Origin: an uncultured Clostridia bacterium
Lineage (GTDB): Bacteria; Bacillota; Clostridia; CAKSNL01; HGM11501
Assembly (NCBI GenBank): GCA_934476235.1
Contig: CAKSNL010000003.1
Coordinates: 206,153 to 270,152, forward strand
Length of the DNA stretch: 64,000 bases
Reading direction: 5' to 3'
Below are positions 32,393-42,159 of this stretch, piece by piece. The position numbers were made by a program, and so were the translations under genes. The notes beneath the pieces are model-generated. The model had not been told where the DNA came from. It saw only the letters and a list, made by a program, of their open reading frames with translations, and ran no database searches. Each line of letters opens with the position of its first letter. Position 1 is the first letter of the stretch.

Positions 32393-32444
32393 AAATATTT
32401 CTCCTTTATAAAATCAGGCTGTGCGGCGCACAGCCTGATCTCGC

Positions 32445-33377
32445 TTATTTAAGTTTTATTGCTTCCTTTGCTGATGCCGCAATGTCATCGGGCGTCATAT
32501 TGTAATATTTAAAGAGCTCAGCCGGCTTTCCGCTGCGACCGAAAACGTCGCGCACGCCGATGCGCCTTAAAATGCAGGGCGCCTTTTCAGCGATAACCTC
32601 GGACACTGCCGTTCCGAGCCCGCCGATTATACTGTGATCCTCAACCGTTACTATTGCTCCGGTCTCCTTTGCGCATTTTATGATAAGCTCCTCGTCAATC
32701 GGCTTTATTGACGCCATGTTGATGACTCTTGCGTTTACGCCTTCTTCTTTAAGCTTTTCCGCCGCATCCAATGCAGCCGACGCCATAATACCGGTCGAAA
32801 TAACCGTAACATCGTTACCGTCCTTTAAGATGTGTCCCTTGCCCAGCGTGAATTTATATGATGAATCGAATATTTCGTCTGTCGCAAGGCGGCTGAATCT
32901 TAAATAAACCGGTCCGTCAAAGTTGAGCGCAAACTCAACCGCGGCAAAGGTTTCATTGGCGTCCGCCGGGTTTATTACGGTCATTCCCGGAATCCCGCGC
33001 ATAAGCCCCAGATCCTCGATGCACTGGTGCGTCGCCCCGTCCTCGCCGACGGTGATGCCGGCATGAGTCGCGCCTATTTTAACATTAAGGTGCGGATAGC
33101 CTATGGAGTTTCTTATCTGCTCGTAGCTTCTTCCCGCCGCAAACATTGCAAATGAGCTTGCAAATACCGGCTTTCCGGTCGCCGCTATTCCGGCGGCAAC
33201 GCTCATCATGTTTCCCTCTGCAATACCGGTGTCAAAAAATCTTTCGGGATATGCTTTTTTGAATATTTCCGTTTTCGTTGCGGCTGCAAGGTCCGCGTCA
33301 AGAACAAGGAAATCATATTTTTCGGCAAGGGCGCAAAGCGCCTCTCCGTATGCCTGTCTGGTTGCTTTTTTCGCCAT
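32445..33377 (-). CDS. Transketolase, C-terminal (pyrimidine-binding) subunit.
   Basis: Split transketolase. 310 aa. Confidence 0.8.
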   Translation of the reverse strand: MAKKATRQAYGEALCALAEKYDFLVLDADLAAATKTEIFKKAYPERFFDTGIAEGNMMSVAAGIAATGKPVFASSFAMFAAGRSYEQIRNSIGYPHLNVKIGATHAGITVGEDGATHQCIEDLGLMRGIPGMTVINPADANETFAAVEFALNFDGPVYLRFSRLATDEIFDSSYKFTLGKGHILKDGNDVTVISTGIMASAALDAAEKLKEEGVNARVINMASIKPIDEELIIKCAKETGAIVTVEDHSIIGGLGTAVSEVIAEKAPCILRRIGVRDVFGRSGKPAELFKYYNMTPDDIAASAKEAIKLK

Positions 33378-33380
33378 AAC

Positions 33381-34223
33381 TTATGCCTCCTTCTTCATTA
33401 ACGCTTCGATATGAGCATCAAGCTCGGAAATCGCTTTGCCATACTCTTCCTCATTCGGCGCAACGCCGTGCCATTTAACCGAGTTTTCCATGTACGAAAC
33501 GCCCTTGCCCTTTATGGTCTTCATAATGACCGCGGTGGGCTTTCCTTTTGTATCGCGCGCCGTTTTGAGAGCGTTTTTGATCTCGTCGTAATCATGCCCG
33601 TCAATCGTCAGCACGTTCCAGCCGAACGCCTCAAACTTCTTGTCAAGAGGCGACGAATCCATAACCTCCTTGGTCGAACCGTCAATCTGGAGTCCGTTAA
33701 GGTCAACGAATATGCAAAGATTGTCAAGCTTATAGTGGGGCGCATACATTGCCGCCTCCCAGACCTGCCCTTCTTCTATTTCTCCGTCACCCAGAAGCGC
33801 ATATACTCTGTAATCCTTTTTATATGCCTTTGCGGAGAGCGCCATTCCGCATGCCGCAGAAATGCCGAGCCCGAGCGAGCCTGTCGACATATCCACCCCG
33901 GGAATGTGCTTCATATCGGGATGACCCTGAAGCCTTGAGTCAATATGGCGGAAGGTCTTAAGTTCCTCCTTGTCAAAAAATCCGGCTTCTGCGAGCGCTC
34001 CGTAAAGAGCCGGGCTGCAGTGACCCTTGGAAAGAACAAATCTGTCTCTTTCCTCCATTTTCGGGTTTTTCGGGTCGATGTTCATCTCGTCAAAATATAA
34101 AACCGCCATCAGGTCAGCAGATGAGAGCGAGCCGCCGGGATGACCGGAGGATGCACTGTATACTGCCGTGACGGCGTTCTTGCGAATGTTATAGGCCTTG
34201 ATTTCGAGTTCTCTGTTATTCAT
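33381..34223 (-). CDS. Transketolase, N-terminal (TPP-binding) subunit.
   Basis: GHPGGSLS and GDGE TPP-binding motifs. Confidence 0.8.
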   Translation of the reverse strand: MNNRELEIKAYNIRKNAVTAVYSASSGHPGGSLSSADLMAVLYFDEMNIDPKNPKMEERDRFVLSKGHCSPALYGALAEAGFFDKEELKTFRHIDSRLQGHPDMKHIPGVDMSTGSLGLGISAACGMALSAKAYKKDYRVYALLGDGEIEEGQVWEAAMYAPHYKLDNLCIFVDLNGLQIDGSTKEVMDSSPLDKKFEAFGWNVLTIDGHDYDEIKNALKTARDTKGKPTAVIMKTIKGKGVSYMENSVKWHGVAPNEEEYGKAISELDAHIEALMKKEA

Positions 34224-34391
34224 TAGCCTCTCTCCTTTACAGCTTTCAAAACTTCTTTATATATTATACCACACAGAAGCCTCTAATTCAAGACATTTTC
34301 GCGCTAATAAAAAAAATAATCATTTTTCATATTTTTTCTGGATTTTTGCCATAATTTGTGATATTATATTATAAATAAGGAAGGTGCGGTT

Positions 34392-35039
34392 ATGGATAAA
34401 TTTGCATTGGTATTCGGGACGGACGAATTCGGCAAAGGAATTTCCTCGGCGATGGATTCACTCGGAATAAGAACGGTTTTGGTGAACATACATCCCGAAA
34501 GTAAGCTTGCTTCGGATGATATCGGCTTTGAATACTGCTCGGGCTCTTTGTCGGATGGACGGTTTATGGAGTCGCTTGATATTGACAGAGCGCATATATG
34601 CATCTGTGCGCTTAAGGATGATTTCATGTCGGCACTTGAATGTGTGCGCATTTTAAAGCTTTACGGTGCCGGATATATTGTCACGGAGGCGGATGACGAA
34701 ATGCAGGAGCATTATTTAAGGCTCGGCGGTGCAAGCAGAATAGTCCATTCTTTCAGTGATTATGCACTTATCACTGCCGCAAAGCTTTTAGGGAAAGATG
34801 AGCTTGAGTTTACATATTTAAATGACGTTCAGGCGCTTTTTCAGAGAAAGATTCCGGATTCCTGGGCGGGCAAGACCCCGGCAGAGCTTGATATCAGAAG
34901 GAAATACTCGTCAAACGTTCTCGGTGTAAGGCGAAACGGAAATTTTTTGCCGGTCACGGAAGCTGATTTTGTCTTTGAAAAGGCGGATATCATTTATGCG
35001 CTCGGCGATTTAAGAAAGGTATTTGACTCGGAAGAATAG
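34392..35039 (+). CDS. TrkA/KtrA-family K+ transport regulatory protein (TrkA-N + TrkA-C).
   Basis: Rossmann-like N-domain and C-terminal TrkA-C pattern. 215 aa. Confidence 0.55.
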   Translation: MDKFALVFGTDEFGKGISSAMDSLGIRTVLVNIHPESKLASDDIGFEYCSGSLSDGRFMESLDIDRAHICICALKDDFMSALECVRILKLYGAGYIVTEADDEMQEHYLRLGGASRIVHSFSDYALITAAKLLGKDELEFTYLNDVQALFQRKIPDSWAGKTPAELDIRRKYSSNVLGVRRNGNFLPVTEADFVFEKADIIYALGDLRKVFDSEE

Positions 35040-35106
35040 AAAAAATGCCGGAAACTGCAATTATTTATTGACAAATCCGAAAAATGCGGTATAATAGATA
35101 TTGCAT

Positions 35107-35180
<74 letters not shown>

Positions 35181-35182
35181 TG

Positions 35183-35216
35183 CCGGAACAAGCCAAAGCT
35201 TGTTCCGGTTTTTTTG
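35183..35216 (+). terminator. Rho-independent terminator after the tRNA.
   Basis: ccggaacaagc-caaa-gcttgttccgg followed by ttttttt. Confidence 0.75.
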
Positions 35217-35255
35217 CACAAAAAACTGCGTACAAAACAGTACGCAGTTTTTAAT

Positions 35256-36044
35256 TTAAAACAGTGCTTTATCGGCTGCCGCTTCTTTATGTTCCTTAAT
35301 ATACTTGGTCCACTTGATGTAGCCGTAGGTCGTATTTGTAAGATATCCGACCTTTAATACAAGAAGTACATACTGACCGGAAAGAATGTTTATCACAGAC
35401 TCCAAAATCGCGCTTATGTACCATGCAATCCACTGCTCGCGGTATCTTAACAAAATGAACACTCCGTTTGCAATACCGACTGCGGATACGCACGCGTCAA
35501 GATAGCACACGATGTTTTCCAAAAGCTCGTTCCCGCCGAAAAGGTCCGTTTCGATATCAATTGTGGTTAAAAAATACCCTACTCCGACCGTCCATACCAC
35601 GATACCGACAATAAGTAAAACCTCTGCCAGACCGCTCAGTTTTCGAACCTTGGTAACATCCTCGTCGGTCTTATCCGGGTGCCTGTTCCAGTTTATAAAA
35701 CTGATTATGTCTATCGGGATCCAGAAAAAGAGCGTGGACGCCATTGTAGCAAATCTGTTCGCCGTTACAATGCATATCGCAATCTCGGTTATCTCAACCA
35801 AAAGCGAAACGATGAAGTTCCATTTGCTCTGTTTCGAAATCAAAAGCTCGCAGAGTATGTTAAAAAACGTGTCCGCAAGATAAAGCCCCATGATAATCGC
35901 GCCGTTAACGCCGTTGATGTCCTCCTCCGGGAACAGGAATGCAAATACGAACGCTAATATCAATATACTGAAAAACCATATTTTTTCGTACGTCGTGAAA
36001 TAATTCCACAGTTCTTTTGCCCGTTTCACAATTTTATTTTCCAT
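35256..36044 (-). CDS. Multi-TM membrane protein, nicotinamide riboside transporter PnuC-like.
   Basis: Roughly seven hydrophobic helices with Trp-rich loops resembling the PnuC family. The family assignment is tentative. Confidence 0.45.
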   Translation of the reverse strand: MENKIVKRAKELWNYFTTYEKIWFFSILILAFVFAFLFPEEDINGVNGAIIMGLYLADTFFNILCELLISKQSKWNFIVSLLVEITEIAICIVTANRFATMASTLFFWIPIDIISFINWNRHPDKTDEDVTKVRKLSGLAEVLLIVGIVVWTVGVGYFLTTIDIETDLFGGNELLENIVCYLDACVSAVGIANGVFILLRYREQWIAWYISAILESVINILSGQYVLLVLKVGYLTNTTYGYIKWTKYIKEHKEAAADKALF

Positions 36045-36906
36045 CGGAATTTTTCTCCTTTATGTCATTTAGTTTAATTGCAAGATTAGAAAATTCCTGC
36101 ATTGAGAGAGTTTCCCCGCGAACGTTAGCGTCATAGCCCATATCCTCAAGGATTCCCCTTATCCCCTCTTTCCCGCCGTAAAGCCCCGAGTTTGCAAGCG
36201 CGTTCAAAAGCGTTTTTCTCCTTTGAGCAAATGACGCTTTGACGAGCCTGAAATAATCCTTTTCGGGAGCCTCTATCGGAGGAGAAGGCAAAAGCTTTAA
36301 TGCAACGACCGCTGAATCCACCTTCGGAGCGGGAATGAATTTTGCCGCGGGAACAAAGTCCGTTATCCTTGCCTCGGCATAGTAAGACACTGCCAAAGTA
36401 AGTGCCCCGTAATCCTTCTTTCCGGGCTTTGCGACAATTCTTTCGGCAACCTCTTTCTGAACCATTATCACAATGTTTGAAAACGGAAGCTTTTCTTCCA
36501 AAAGCTTCATGAGAATCGGCGTTGTGACATAGTAAGGAAGGTTTGCGGCAACGCTGACCGTCATGCCCGGAAACTCTTCTGCCAAAAGCTTTTTAAGGTC
36601 GGTCTTCATAATATCTCCGTATCGCACGGACACATTCGAAAAGCCGGCAAGCGTTTCTTTCAAAACAGGTCTTAAGCTTTCGTCAAGCTCAACGGAAACA
36701 ACTTTTTTTGCCTCCGTCGCCAGTGCCGCGGTCAATGTTCCGAATCCGGGACCGATTTCGAGAACCCCGTCGGTGCCCGCCTCTTTTGCAATGTTAAAAA
36801 GCACGTCTTTATCCGTCAGAAAATTCTGCCCGTAGCTTTTTTTAAAAGAGAACCCGAAGCTGTCGCAAAGGTGTTTTATCACCGACGGTGAAGTTAAATC
36901 ATACAT
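36034..36906 (-). CDS. rsmA: 16S rRNA (adenine1518/1519-N6)-dimethyltransferase.
   Basis: SYGQNFL and VLEIGPGFG motifs. Confidence 0.85.
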   Translation of the reverse strand: MYDLTSPSVIKHLCDSFGFSFKKSYGQNFLTDKDVLFNIAKEAGTDGVLEIGPGFGTLTAALATEAKKVVSVELDESLRPVLKETLAGFSNVSVRYGDIMKTDLKKLLAEEFPGMTVSVAANLPYYVTTPILMKLLEEKLPFSNIVIMVQKEVAERIVAKPGKKDYGALTLAVSYYAEARITDFVPAAKFIPAPKVDSAVVALKLLPSPPIEAPEKDYFRLVKASFAQRRKTLLNALANSGLYGGKEGIRGILEDMGYDANVRGETLSMQEFSNLAIKLNDIKEKNSDGK

Positions 36907-36911
36907 ATGCC

Positions 36912-38306
36912 TTAAACCGGATAAGTGTTGTTTTCACTGTCGGCAAGCGACGCGTCTACTTTGTACTTTTTAGCCTGTCTCTGCTGAAAGAACTTGACCG
37001 CAACCTGTCCGAACAAAGCGTAGGACAAAACGTCCTCCTCCTGCTCCGAATACTGCTTCATTTCTTCCCTGTACTTGTCAAGCTCTGCCGGAATCTTGTC
37101 GGCGGGGCGGCAGGTAATGGGCTTTTCGTCGCCGATGATCTTCTTTCTGATTTCATCGCTTATGGGAGCCGGAGTCTTTCCGTACTCGCCGCGGACAATT
37201 CCCTTTGTCTCGTTCGATATCATTTTATATCTCTCGCCGCAGATAACGTTAAGCACCGCCTGTGTGCCGACAATCTGGCTTGTGGGAGTTACAAGAGGCG
37301 GATAGCCGAGATCCTCGCGAACCTTGGGCACTTCTTTCAATACATCGTCAAGCTTATTCTCTTTGCCCTGCTGCTTAAGCTGCGAAACAAGGTTTGAAAG
37401 CATGCCGCCGGGCACCTGATATCTTAATGTGTTTATGTCTACGCCGAGAACCTTTGTGTTCAAAAGTCCTTCTTCAAGATATTTCTCTCTTAATCCCTTG
37501 AAATATTCCGAGATTTCGGAAAGCGCGTCAAGGTTAAGACCGGTGTCGTACTTCGTTCCGGCAAGCGTCGCAACAAGCGGCTCCGTCGGAGGCTGAGATG
37601 TGCCCAAAGCAAGCGGAGACAGTGCGGTATCGACAATGTCGCATCCCGCCTCTATCGCCTTAAGATAGGTCATAGAAGCAACGCCGCTTGTATAGTGAGT
37701 GTGGATCTCGATCGGGATCTTCACGCTCTCTTTTAACGCCTTTACGAGGTCATACGCCGTATAAGGAACCAAAAGACCCGCCATATCCTTTATGCAGATA
37801 CTGTCAGCCCCCATGTTTTCAAGCTCTTTCGCCATTTTAACAAAGCTTTCCGTGGTATGGACAGGGCTTATCGTGTAAGATATCGCCGCCTGAACGTGAC
37901 CACCCTCTTTCTTTGTGGCGTTAATGGCAGTCTTTAAGTTTCTGGTGTCGTTAAGAGCGTCAAATATTCTTATGATGTCAATACCGTTGGCAATCGACTT
38001 CTGAACGAAATATTCAACCACGTCGTCGCCGTAGTGCTTGTAACCTAATATATTCTGACCTCTGAAAAGCATCTGAAGCTTTGTATTTTTAACCTTATCT
38101 CTGATTTTTCTGAGTCTTTCCCACGGATCCTCATTTAAGAAGCGAAGGCACGAATCAAACGTTGCTCCGCCCCATGCTTCCAAAGCGTTATATCCGATTT
38201 TATCCAGCGCTTCGAGTGCGGGCAGCATTTCCTCTGTCGTCATTCTCGTCGCAATCAGTGACTGATGCGCGTCACGGAGGATCGTTTCAGTGATTTTAAC
38301 ACCCAT
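36912..38306 (-). CDS. Oxaloacetate decarboxylase alpha-like / 5S-type pyruvate carboxyltransferase subunit (no biotinyl domain).
   Basis: N-terminus MGVKITETILRDAHQSLIATRM (pyruvate carboxyltransferase TIM barrel). 464 aa. No AMKM biotin-attachment motif. Confidence 0.7.
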   Translation of the reverse strand: MGVKITETILRDAHQSLIATRMTTEEMLPALEALDKIGYNALEAWGGATFDSCLRFLNEDPWERLRKIRDKVKNTKLQMLFRGQNILGYKHYGDDVVEYFVQKSIANGIDIIRIFDALNDTRNLKTAINATKKEGGHVQAAISYTISPVHTTESFVKMAKELENMGADSICIKDMAGLLVPYTAYDLVKALKESVKIPIEIHTHYTSGVASMTYLKAIEAGCDIVDTALSPLALGTSQPPTEPLVATLAGTKYDTGLNLDALSEISEYFKGLREKYLEEGLLNTKVLGVDINTLRYQVPGGMLSNLVSQLKQQGKENKLDDVLKEVPKVREDLGYPPLVTPTSQIVGTQAVLNVICGERYKMISNETKGIVRGEYGKTPAPISDEIRKKIIGDEKPITCRPADKIPAELDKYREEMKQYSEQEEDVLSYALFGQVAVKFFQQRQAKKYKVDASLADSENNTYPV

Positions 38307-38330
38307 AATATATCTCCTATTCTGAATTAA

Positions 38331-39533
38331 TTATTTAAACATTGCAAGGAATACTCCTGCCGCGACTGCCGAACCGATAACTCCGGCAACGTTGGGCCCC
38401 ATCGCATGCATGAGAAGGAAGTTTCCGGGATTTTCCTCCTGACCGACCTTCTGCGAAACACGCGCAGCCATGGGAACCGCGGAAACGCCGGCAGAGCCGA
38501 TAAGCGGATTTACCTTGCCGCCCGTCGCCTTATACATGATCTTTCCGAATAAAAGTCCGCCCGCGGTCGAGATCGAGAATGCAACAAGACCTAAAACAAC
38601 TATCTTTATCGTATCCAAATTCAAAAAGTTTTCCGCAGTTGCGGTCGCTCCGACCGTAACGCCTAAAAATATCGTTATGATATTCATAAGCTCGTTCTGA
38701 GCGGTCTTTGAAAGTCTGTCAACGATTCCGGTTTCCTTGAAGAGGTTACCGAGCATAAGCGTTCCGACAAGCGGAACAGCGTCCGGAACTATAAGTCCGA
38801 CAACAATGGTAACCAATATCGGGAAAATAATCTTTTCTTTTTTAGATACCGGTCTTAACTGCTCCATAACAACGGAACGTTCTTTTTTCGTTGTCATCAG
38901 CTTCATAATGGGAGGCTGAATCATGGGAATAAGCGCCATGTAGGAGTACGCCGCGATGGCAATCGCCGGCAAAAGATGCGGAGCCAGAGTTTTTGTAACA
39001 TATATCGCCGTCGGTCCGTCAGCTCCGCCGATGATACCGATAGCCGAGCTTTCTTTAAGAGAAAATCCCAAAAGGTTCGCACCCAAAAATGTTACGAAAA
39101 CGCCGAGCTGAGCCGCCGCGCCCAAAAGAATACTTTTAGGGTTCGCGATAAGCGGTCCGAAATCCGTCATCGCTCCGATTCCGAGGAATATAAGAGGAGG
39201 ATAAATTCCGAGCTTAACGCCGAGATACAAAATATCCAGAAGACCTCCGTCATGCAGAACCTGTCCGTAGTCTATCTCCTGACCGGTAAAAAAGTCCGCA
39301 TGGAATATTTCCGCACCCGGAAGGTTTGCGAGAGCCATGCCGAACGCGATCGGCAAAAGAAGCATCGGCTCAAATCCTTTTACGATGGCAAGATACAAAA
39401 GCACGCATGCAATTGCGATCATAACTATATTGAGCACATTGCCGTTGTCCGCAACGGTGTCAAAAAGCCTCGAAATACCGGTTCCTTCAAGGAATTTTAT
39501 AATTCCTTTTTCAAAATAACCAAAAAAACTCAA
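38331..39533 (-). CDS. Na+-translocating decarboxylase beta subunit (OadB/GcdB/MmdB family).
   Basis: 400-aa polytopic membrane protein with conserved Asp/Ser-rich helices typical of the beta subunit. Confidence 0.75.
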   Translation of the reverse strand: MSFFGYFEKGIIKFLEGTGISRLFDTVADNGNVLNIVMIAIACVLLYLAIVKGFEPMLLLPIAFGMALANLPGAEIFHADFFTGQEIDYGQVLHDGGLLDILYLGVKLGIYPPLIFLGIGAMTDFGPLIANPKSILLGAAAQLGVFVTFLGANLLGFSLKESSAIGIIGGADGPTAIYVTKTLAPHLLPAIAIAAYSYMALIPMIQPPIMKLMTTKKERSVVMEQLRPVSKKEKIIFPILVTIVVGLIVPDAVPLVGTLMLGNLFKETGIVDRLSKTAQNELMNIITIFLGVTVGATATAENFLNLDTIKIVVLGLVAFSISTAGGLLFGKIMYKATGGKVNPLIGSAGVSAVPMAARVSQKVGQEENPGNFLLMHAMGPNVAGVIGSAVAAGVFLAMFK

Positions 39534-39547
39534 CGTTATCCCCTCCG

Positions 39548-39925
39548 TTAATTAAGGGTTACGATTACATCACCCGTATTTACCGACTGACCCTGAGTAA
39601 CGGCAACGCTTGCAATAACCGCGTCTTCCGGAGCCATAATTTCATTTTCCATCTTCATTGCCTCAAGAACTGCAACTACCTGTCCCTTTTTAATGGACTC
39701 GCCCGCGGTTACCTTTACCGCGTTGATCGTTCCGGGCATCGGAGCCTTGATCGACGATGCGCCCGCACTTACGGGAGCCGGAGCCGGTGTGCTTGCCGGT
39801 GCGGGAGCAGGCGCACTCGCCGGAGCCGGAGCAGCCGGTGCCGAATAAGAAGGAGCGGACGAGCCGATCTCTTCCACCTCTACCTCGTAAGCTTTTCCGT
39901 TTACCTTTATATTGAACTTTTTCAT
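39548..39925 (-). CDS. Biotin carboxyl carrier subunit.
   Basis: Ala/Pro-rich linker and the biotinyl-lysine motif EAMKMEN. Confidence 0.75.
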   Translation of the reverse strand: MKKFNIKVNGKAYEVEVEEIGSSAPSYSAPAAPAPASAPAPAPASTPAPAPVSAGASSIKAPMPGTINAVKVTAGESIKKGQVVAVLEAMKMENEIMAPEDAVIASVAVTQGQSVNTGDVIVTLN

Positions 39926-39954
39926 TAAAATCTTCCTTTCTTGTGGCGACCCGT

Positions 39955-40236
39955 TTAAGAGAGTCTTTTATAGGATCTGATCCTGAAATTACTTACCTTT
40001 GTATCAAGCGATGATGCGATTGCCGCCGCCAAAACCGCGACAAGCTCGTCCTCGTCCTCGGTTTTAACGCTTGAAGCAACAGCTTCCTTTACCGGAGCCG
40101 GCTCTTCCTTTTTGCCATCTCCGGACGGGGCAAAAACCTTCATCAGGCTTAATATCAGCATCAAAATTACAAGTACCGCGAAAACAATCAAAACGCCGAA
40201 AACCGTTACGGCAAGAGCTTCTGTTATATTCTCCAT
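39955..40236 (-). CDS. OadG-like small membrane subunit of the Na+-pump decarboxylase.
   Basis: 93 aa with a single N-terminal TM helix. Position within the operon. Confidence 0.5.
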   Translation of the reverse strand: MENITEALAVTVFGVLIVFAVLVILMLILSLMKVFAPSGDGKKEEPAPVKEAVASSVKTEDEDELVAVLAAAIASSLDTKVSNFRIRSYKRLS

Positions 40237-40248
40237 ATCAGCATCTCC

Positions 40249-41670
40249 TTACAGAGCAAGCCCTGAGTGTTTTTTGATGACATTTTTGTTTTTGGTATAG
40301 AGCATTTCAAACGCCGCCGCAAGACGCGGTCTTGTCGTTTCGGGCTCAATAACGTCATCAATATATCCGGTCGATGCCGCGGCAAGCGCATTTGCTTCAC
40401 CTTCTATGTAGCTATTCTTTATCGTATCCTTGTCCGTTACGCCGTTTTTGCCGTAAAGGAGCACAGCCGCCATGTCGGGAGACATTGTGCCGATCACAGC
40501 CTCGGGCCATGCGATAACAAAGTCGGCGCCGACCGCCTTGGAGCCCATAATGATGCCCGCGCTTGTGCATGAGCTCTTGGTAATAAGCGTTACCTTCGGA
40601 ACGGTTGCCGAGCTGTAGGCATACGAAAGCGAGGCTGCGCTCTTTAATATCTTTCCGCGCTCCTCAGCTAAAGATGCTTTAAAGCCCTCCGCTTCGCAGA
40701 GAGTGAGGATCGGAATATTAAACGCATCCGCAAACTTAATCATTTTTACCGCTTTTTCAAATGCCGATGTGTCAAATTCATTTCCGCCGGCAACGACCGC
40801 TATTGTCTCGCCGTTGATCTTAATGAATCCGGTCTTTACGGCATCCGCGTATTTTTCACTGACAGGAAGATATGTACCGTTATCCGAAATGGCTTTTATT
40901 ACATCGTCCAAAGCAGCGTCCTTATTTTCAAATACATCGGACAGTCTGTTAAGGTCGTCCGTGCACTCTTCTTTGGGAGCGTGCTCTGCAGCGCATCCGG
41001 GCAAAAGCGAGATAAGCTCTTTTATCTTGGCTATCGCCGCATTATCGTCCTCTGCGGTAAAGTCGGCATTTCCGTTTATTTCCGAGTTGACAGTGGGGCT
41101 TGATATATCACCCTTGTCCCTTCCGGTCTCGCTGCATAACGCTTCGCCGTTTAACATAAGGCGGCTCTTTTTCGTCATGATAACAAAATCGGAAAGCGCC
41201 GGAATGAGCGCGCAACCTCCCGCGCATGTGCCGAATAATGCCGAAACGGTCAAAACCGCACCCGAAAGCTTTGCATACTCGGAATAAAGCATGCCGAGCG
41301 AGTTTAACGCCTCCGCCTTGTCATCTAACTTAACCGTGCATGAATCAAGGAGTGCAACGACCGGAGCTCCTGTCAATTCAGCCGTATGCAGGGTCTTTAA
41401 TATTTTCTTTACCTGTTCTTTTCCGAACGCGCCGTCCGACGAGCCTTCGTTTGCATACACGAAGACCGATCTTGAATCAACGGTTCCGTAGCCTGTGATA
41501 ACTCCTTCATTTGCGGCGTCTTTGCTCTTTCCCGAAAACATGTCCGTTTCAATAAAGCTTCCCTCGTCGAAAAGAAGATTTATCCTTTCGCGGGCAGACG
41601 ATCCGTTTTTCCCGGAGCCTGACTGTATGACTGCGTTTCTGCGGTCAATAAGCTCTTTTCTCTTATCCAA
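40249..41670 (-). CDS. Acyl-CoA carboxyltransferase alpha subunit (methylmalonyl-CoA / glutaconyl-CoA decarboxylase alpha, 12S-type).
   Basis: 473 aa. Crotonase-like duplicated carboxyltransferase fold. Operon context. Confidence 0.7.
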   Translation of the reverse strand: MDKRKELIDRRNAVIQSGSGKNGSSARERINLLFDEGSFIETDMFSGKSKDAANEGVITGYGTVDSRSVFVYANEGSSDGAFGKEQVKKILKTLHTAELTGAPVVALLDSCTVKLDDKAEALNSLGMLYSEYAKLSGAVLTVSALFGTCAGGCALIPALSDFVIMTKKSRLMLNGEALCSETGRDKGDISSPTVNSEINGNADFTAEDDNAAIAKIKELISLLPGCAAEHAPKEECTDDLNRLSDVFENKDAALDDVIKAISDNGTYLPVSEKYADAVKTGFIKINGETIAVVAGGNEFDTSAFEKAVKMIKFADAFNIPILTLCEAEGFKASLAEERGKILKSAASLSYAYSSATVPKVTLITKSSCTSAGIIMGSKAVGADFVIAWPEAVIGTMSPDMAAVLLYGKNGVTDKDTIKNSYIEGEANALAAASTGYIDDVIEPETTRPRLAAAFEMLYTKNKNVIKKHSGLAL

Positions 41671-41729
41671 ACGTATCCCTCCTGTAGAATAATTAAATCA
41701 ATTTTAAAATTGCATCCAATTTAAAAAAA

Positions 41730-41794
41730 TTCGGCAAAACCTCCTCTTTTACCTTTCGGACTTTTATACAAAAAGCATTGGAGATTTTGCCGAA
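41730..41794 (-). terminator. Long hairpin (15-bp stem) followed by a T7 run on the minus strand. Terminator of the upstream hypothetical gene.
   Basis: ttcggcaaaacctcc ... ggagattttgccgaa. On the minus strand it is followed by ttttttt. Confidence 0.5.
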
Positions 41795-41806
41795 TATTTG
41801 TGCATA

Positions 41807-42157
41807 TTAATCTTGACAGTGCCTTCCCGAAACAAAGAATCCTTCAAGCGATACCGTCATATCACTTTCAAAGTTCATTCTTTCGCACAGGTCGCGAAGT
41901 TCCCCGTTTATACAGCGGGCTTTTTTTATGCCGTGCCTTTCGGCATAATTCAGCATTGCGAGAAACATTAAAAGCCTTGCGTCCTCGTACGGCGCGCTGA
42001 CGTTTTTTATAACTACGGTGTCATTTTCGTTTTCGCAGACCGCGGTGCCCTTAAACACGCCCTCCTCGTTAAGAGCAAAAAGCATTTCATTCTCCCCTAT
42101 TTCCGGGCAGATGCTTTGTGCAATCTCGCGGTTATCAATGTAATGTATCTTAAACAT
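41807..42157 (-). CDS. Hypothetical small protein (116 aa).
   Basis: ORF with coding-like composition. No motif recognised. Confidence 0.4.
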   Translation of the reverse strand: MFKIHYIDNREIAQSICPEIGENEMLFALNEEGVFKGTAVCENENDTVVIKNVSAPYEDARLLMFLAMLNYAERHGIKKARCINGELRDLCERMNFESDMTVSLEGFFVSGRHCQD

Positions 42158-42159
42158 AA

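Noticed and set aside
41730-41794. 15-bp inverted repeat upstream of the decarboxylase operon, considered as an operator.
   Set aside because: On the minus strand it is followed by a T7 run and lies right after the stop of the upstream minus-strand gene. It is more simply a terminator.
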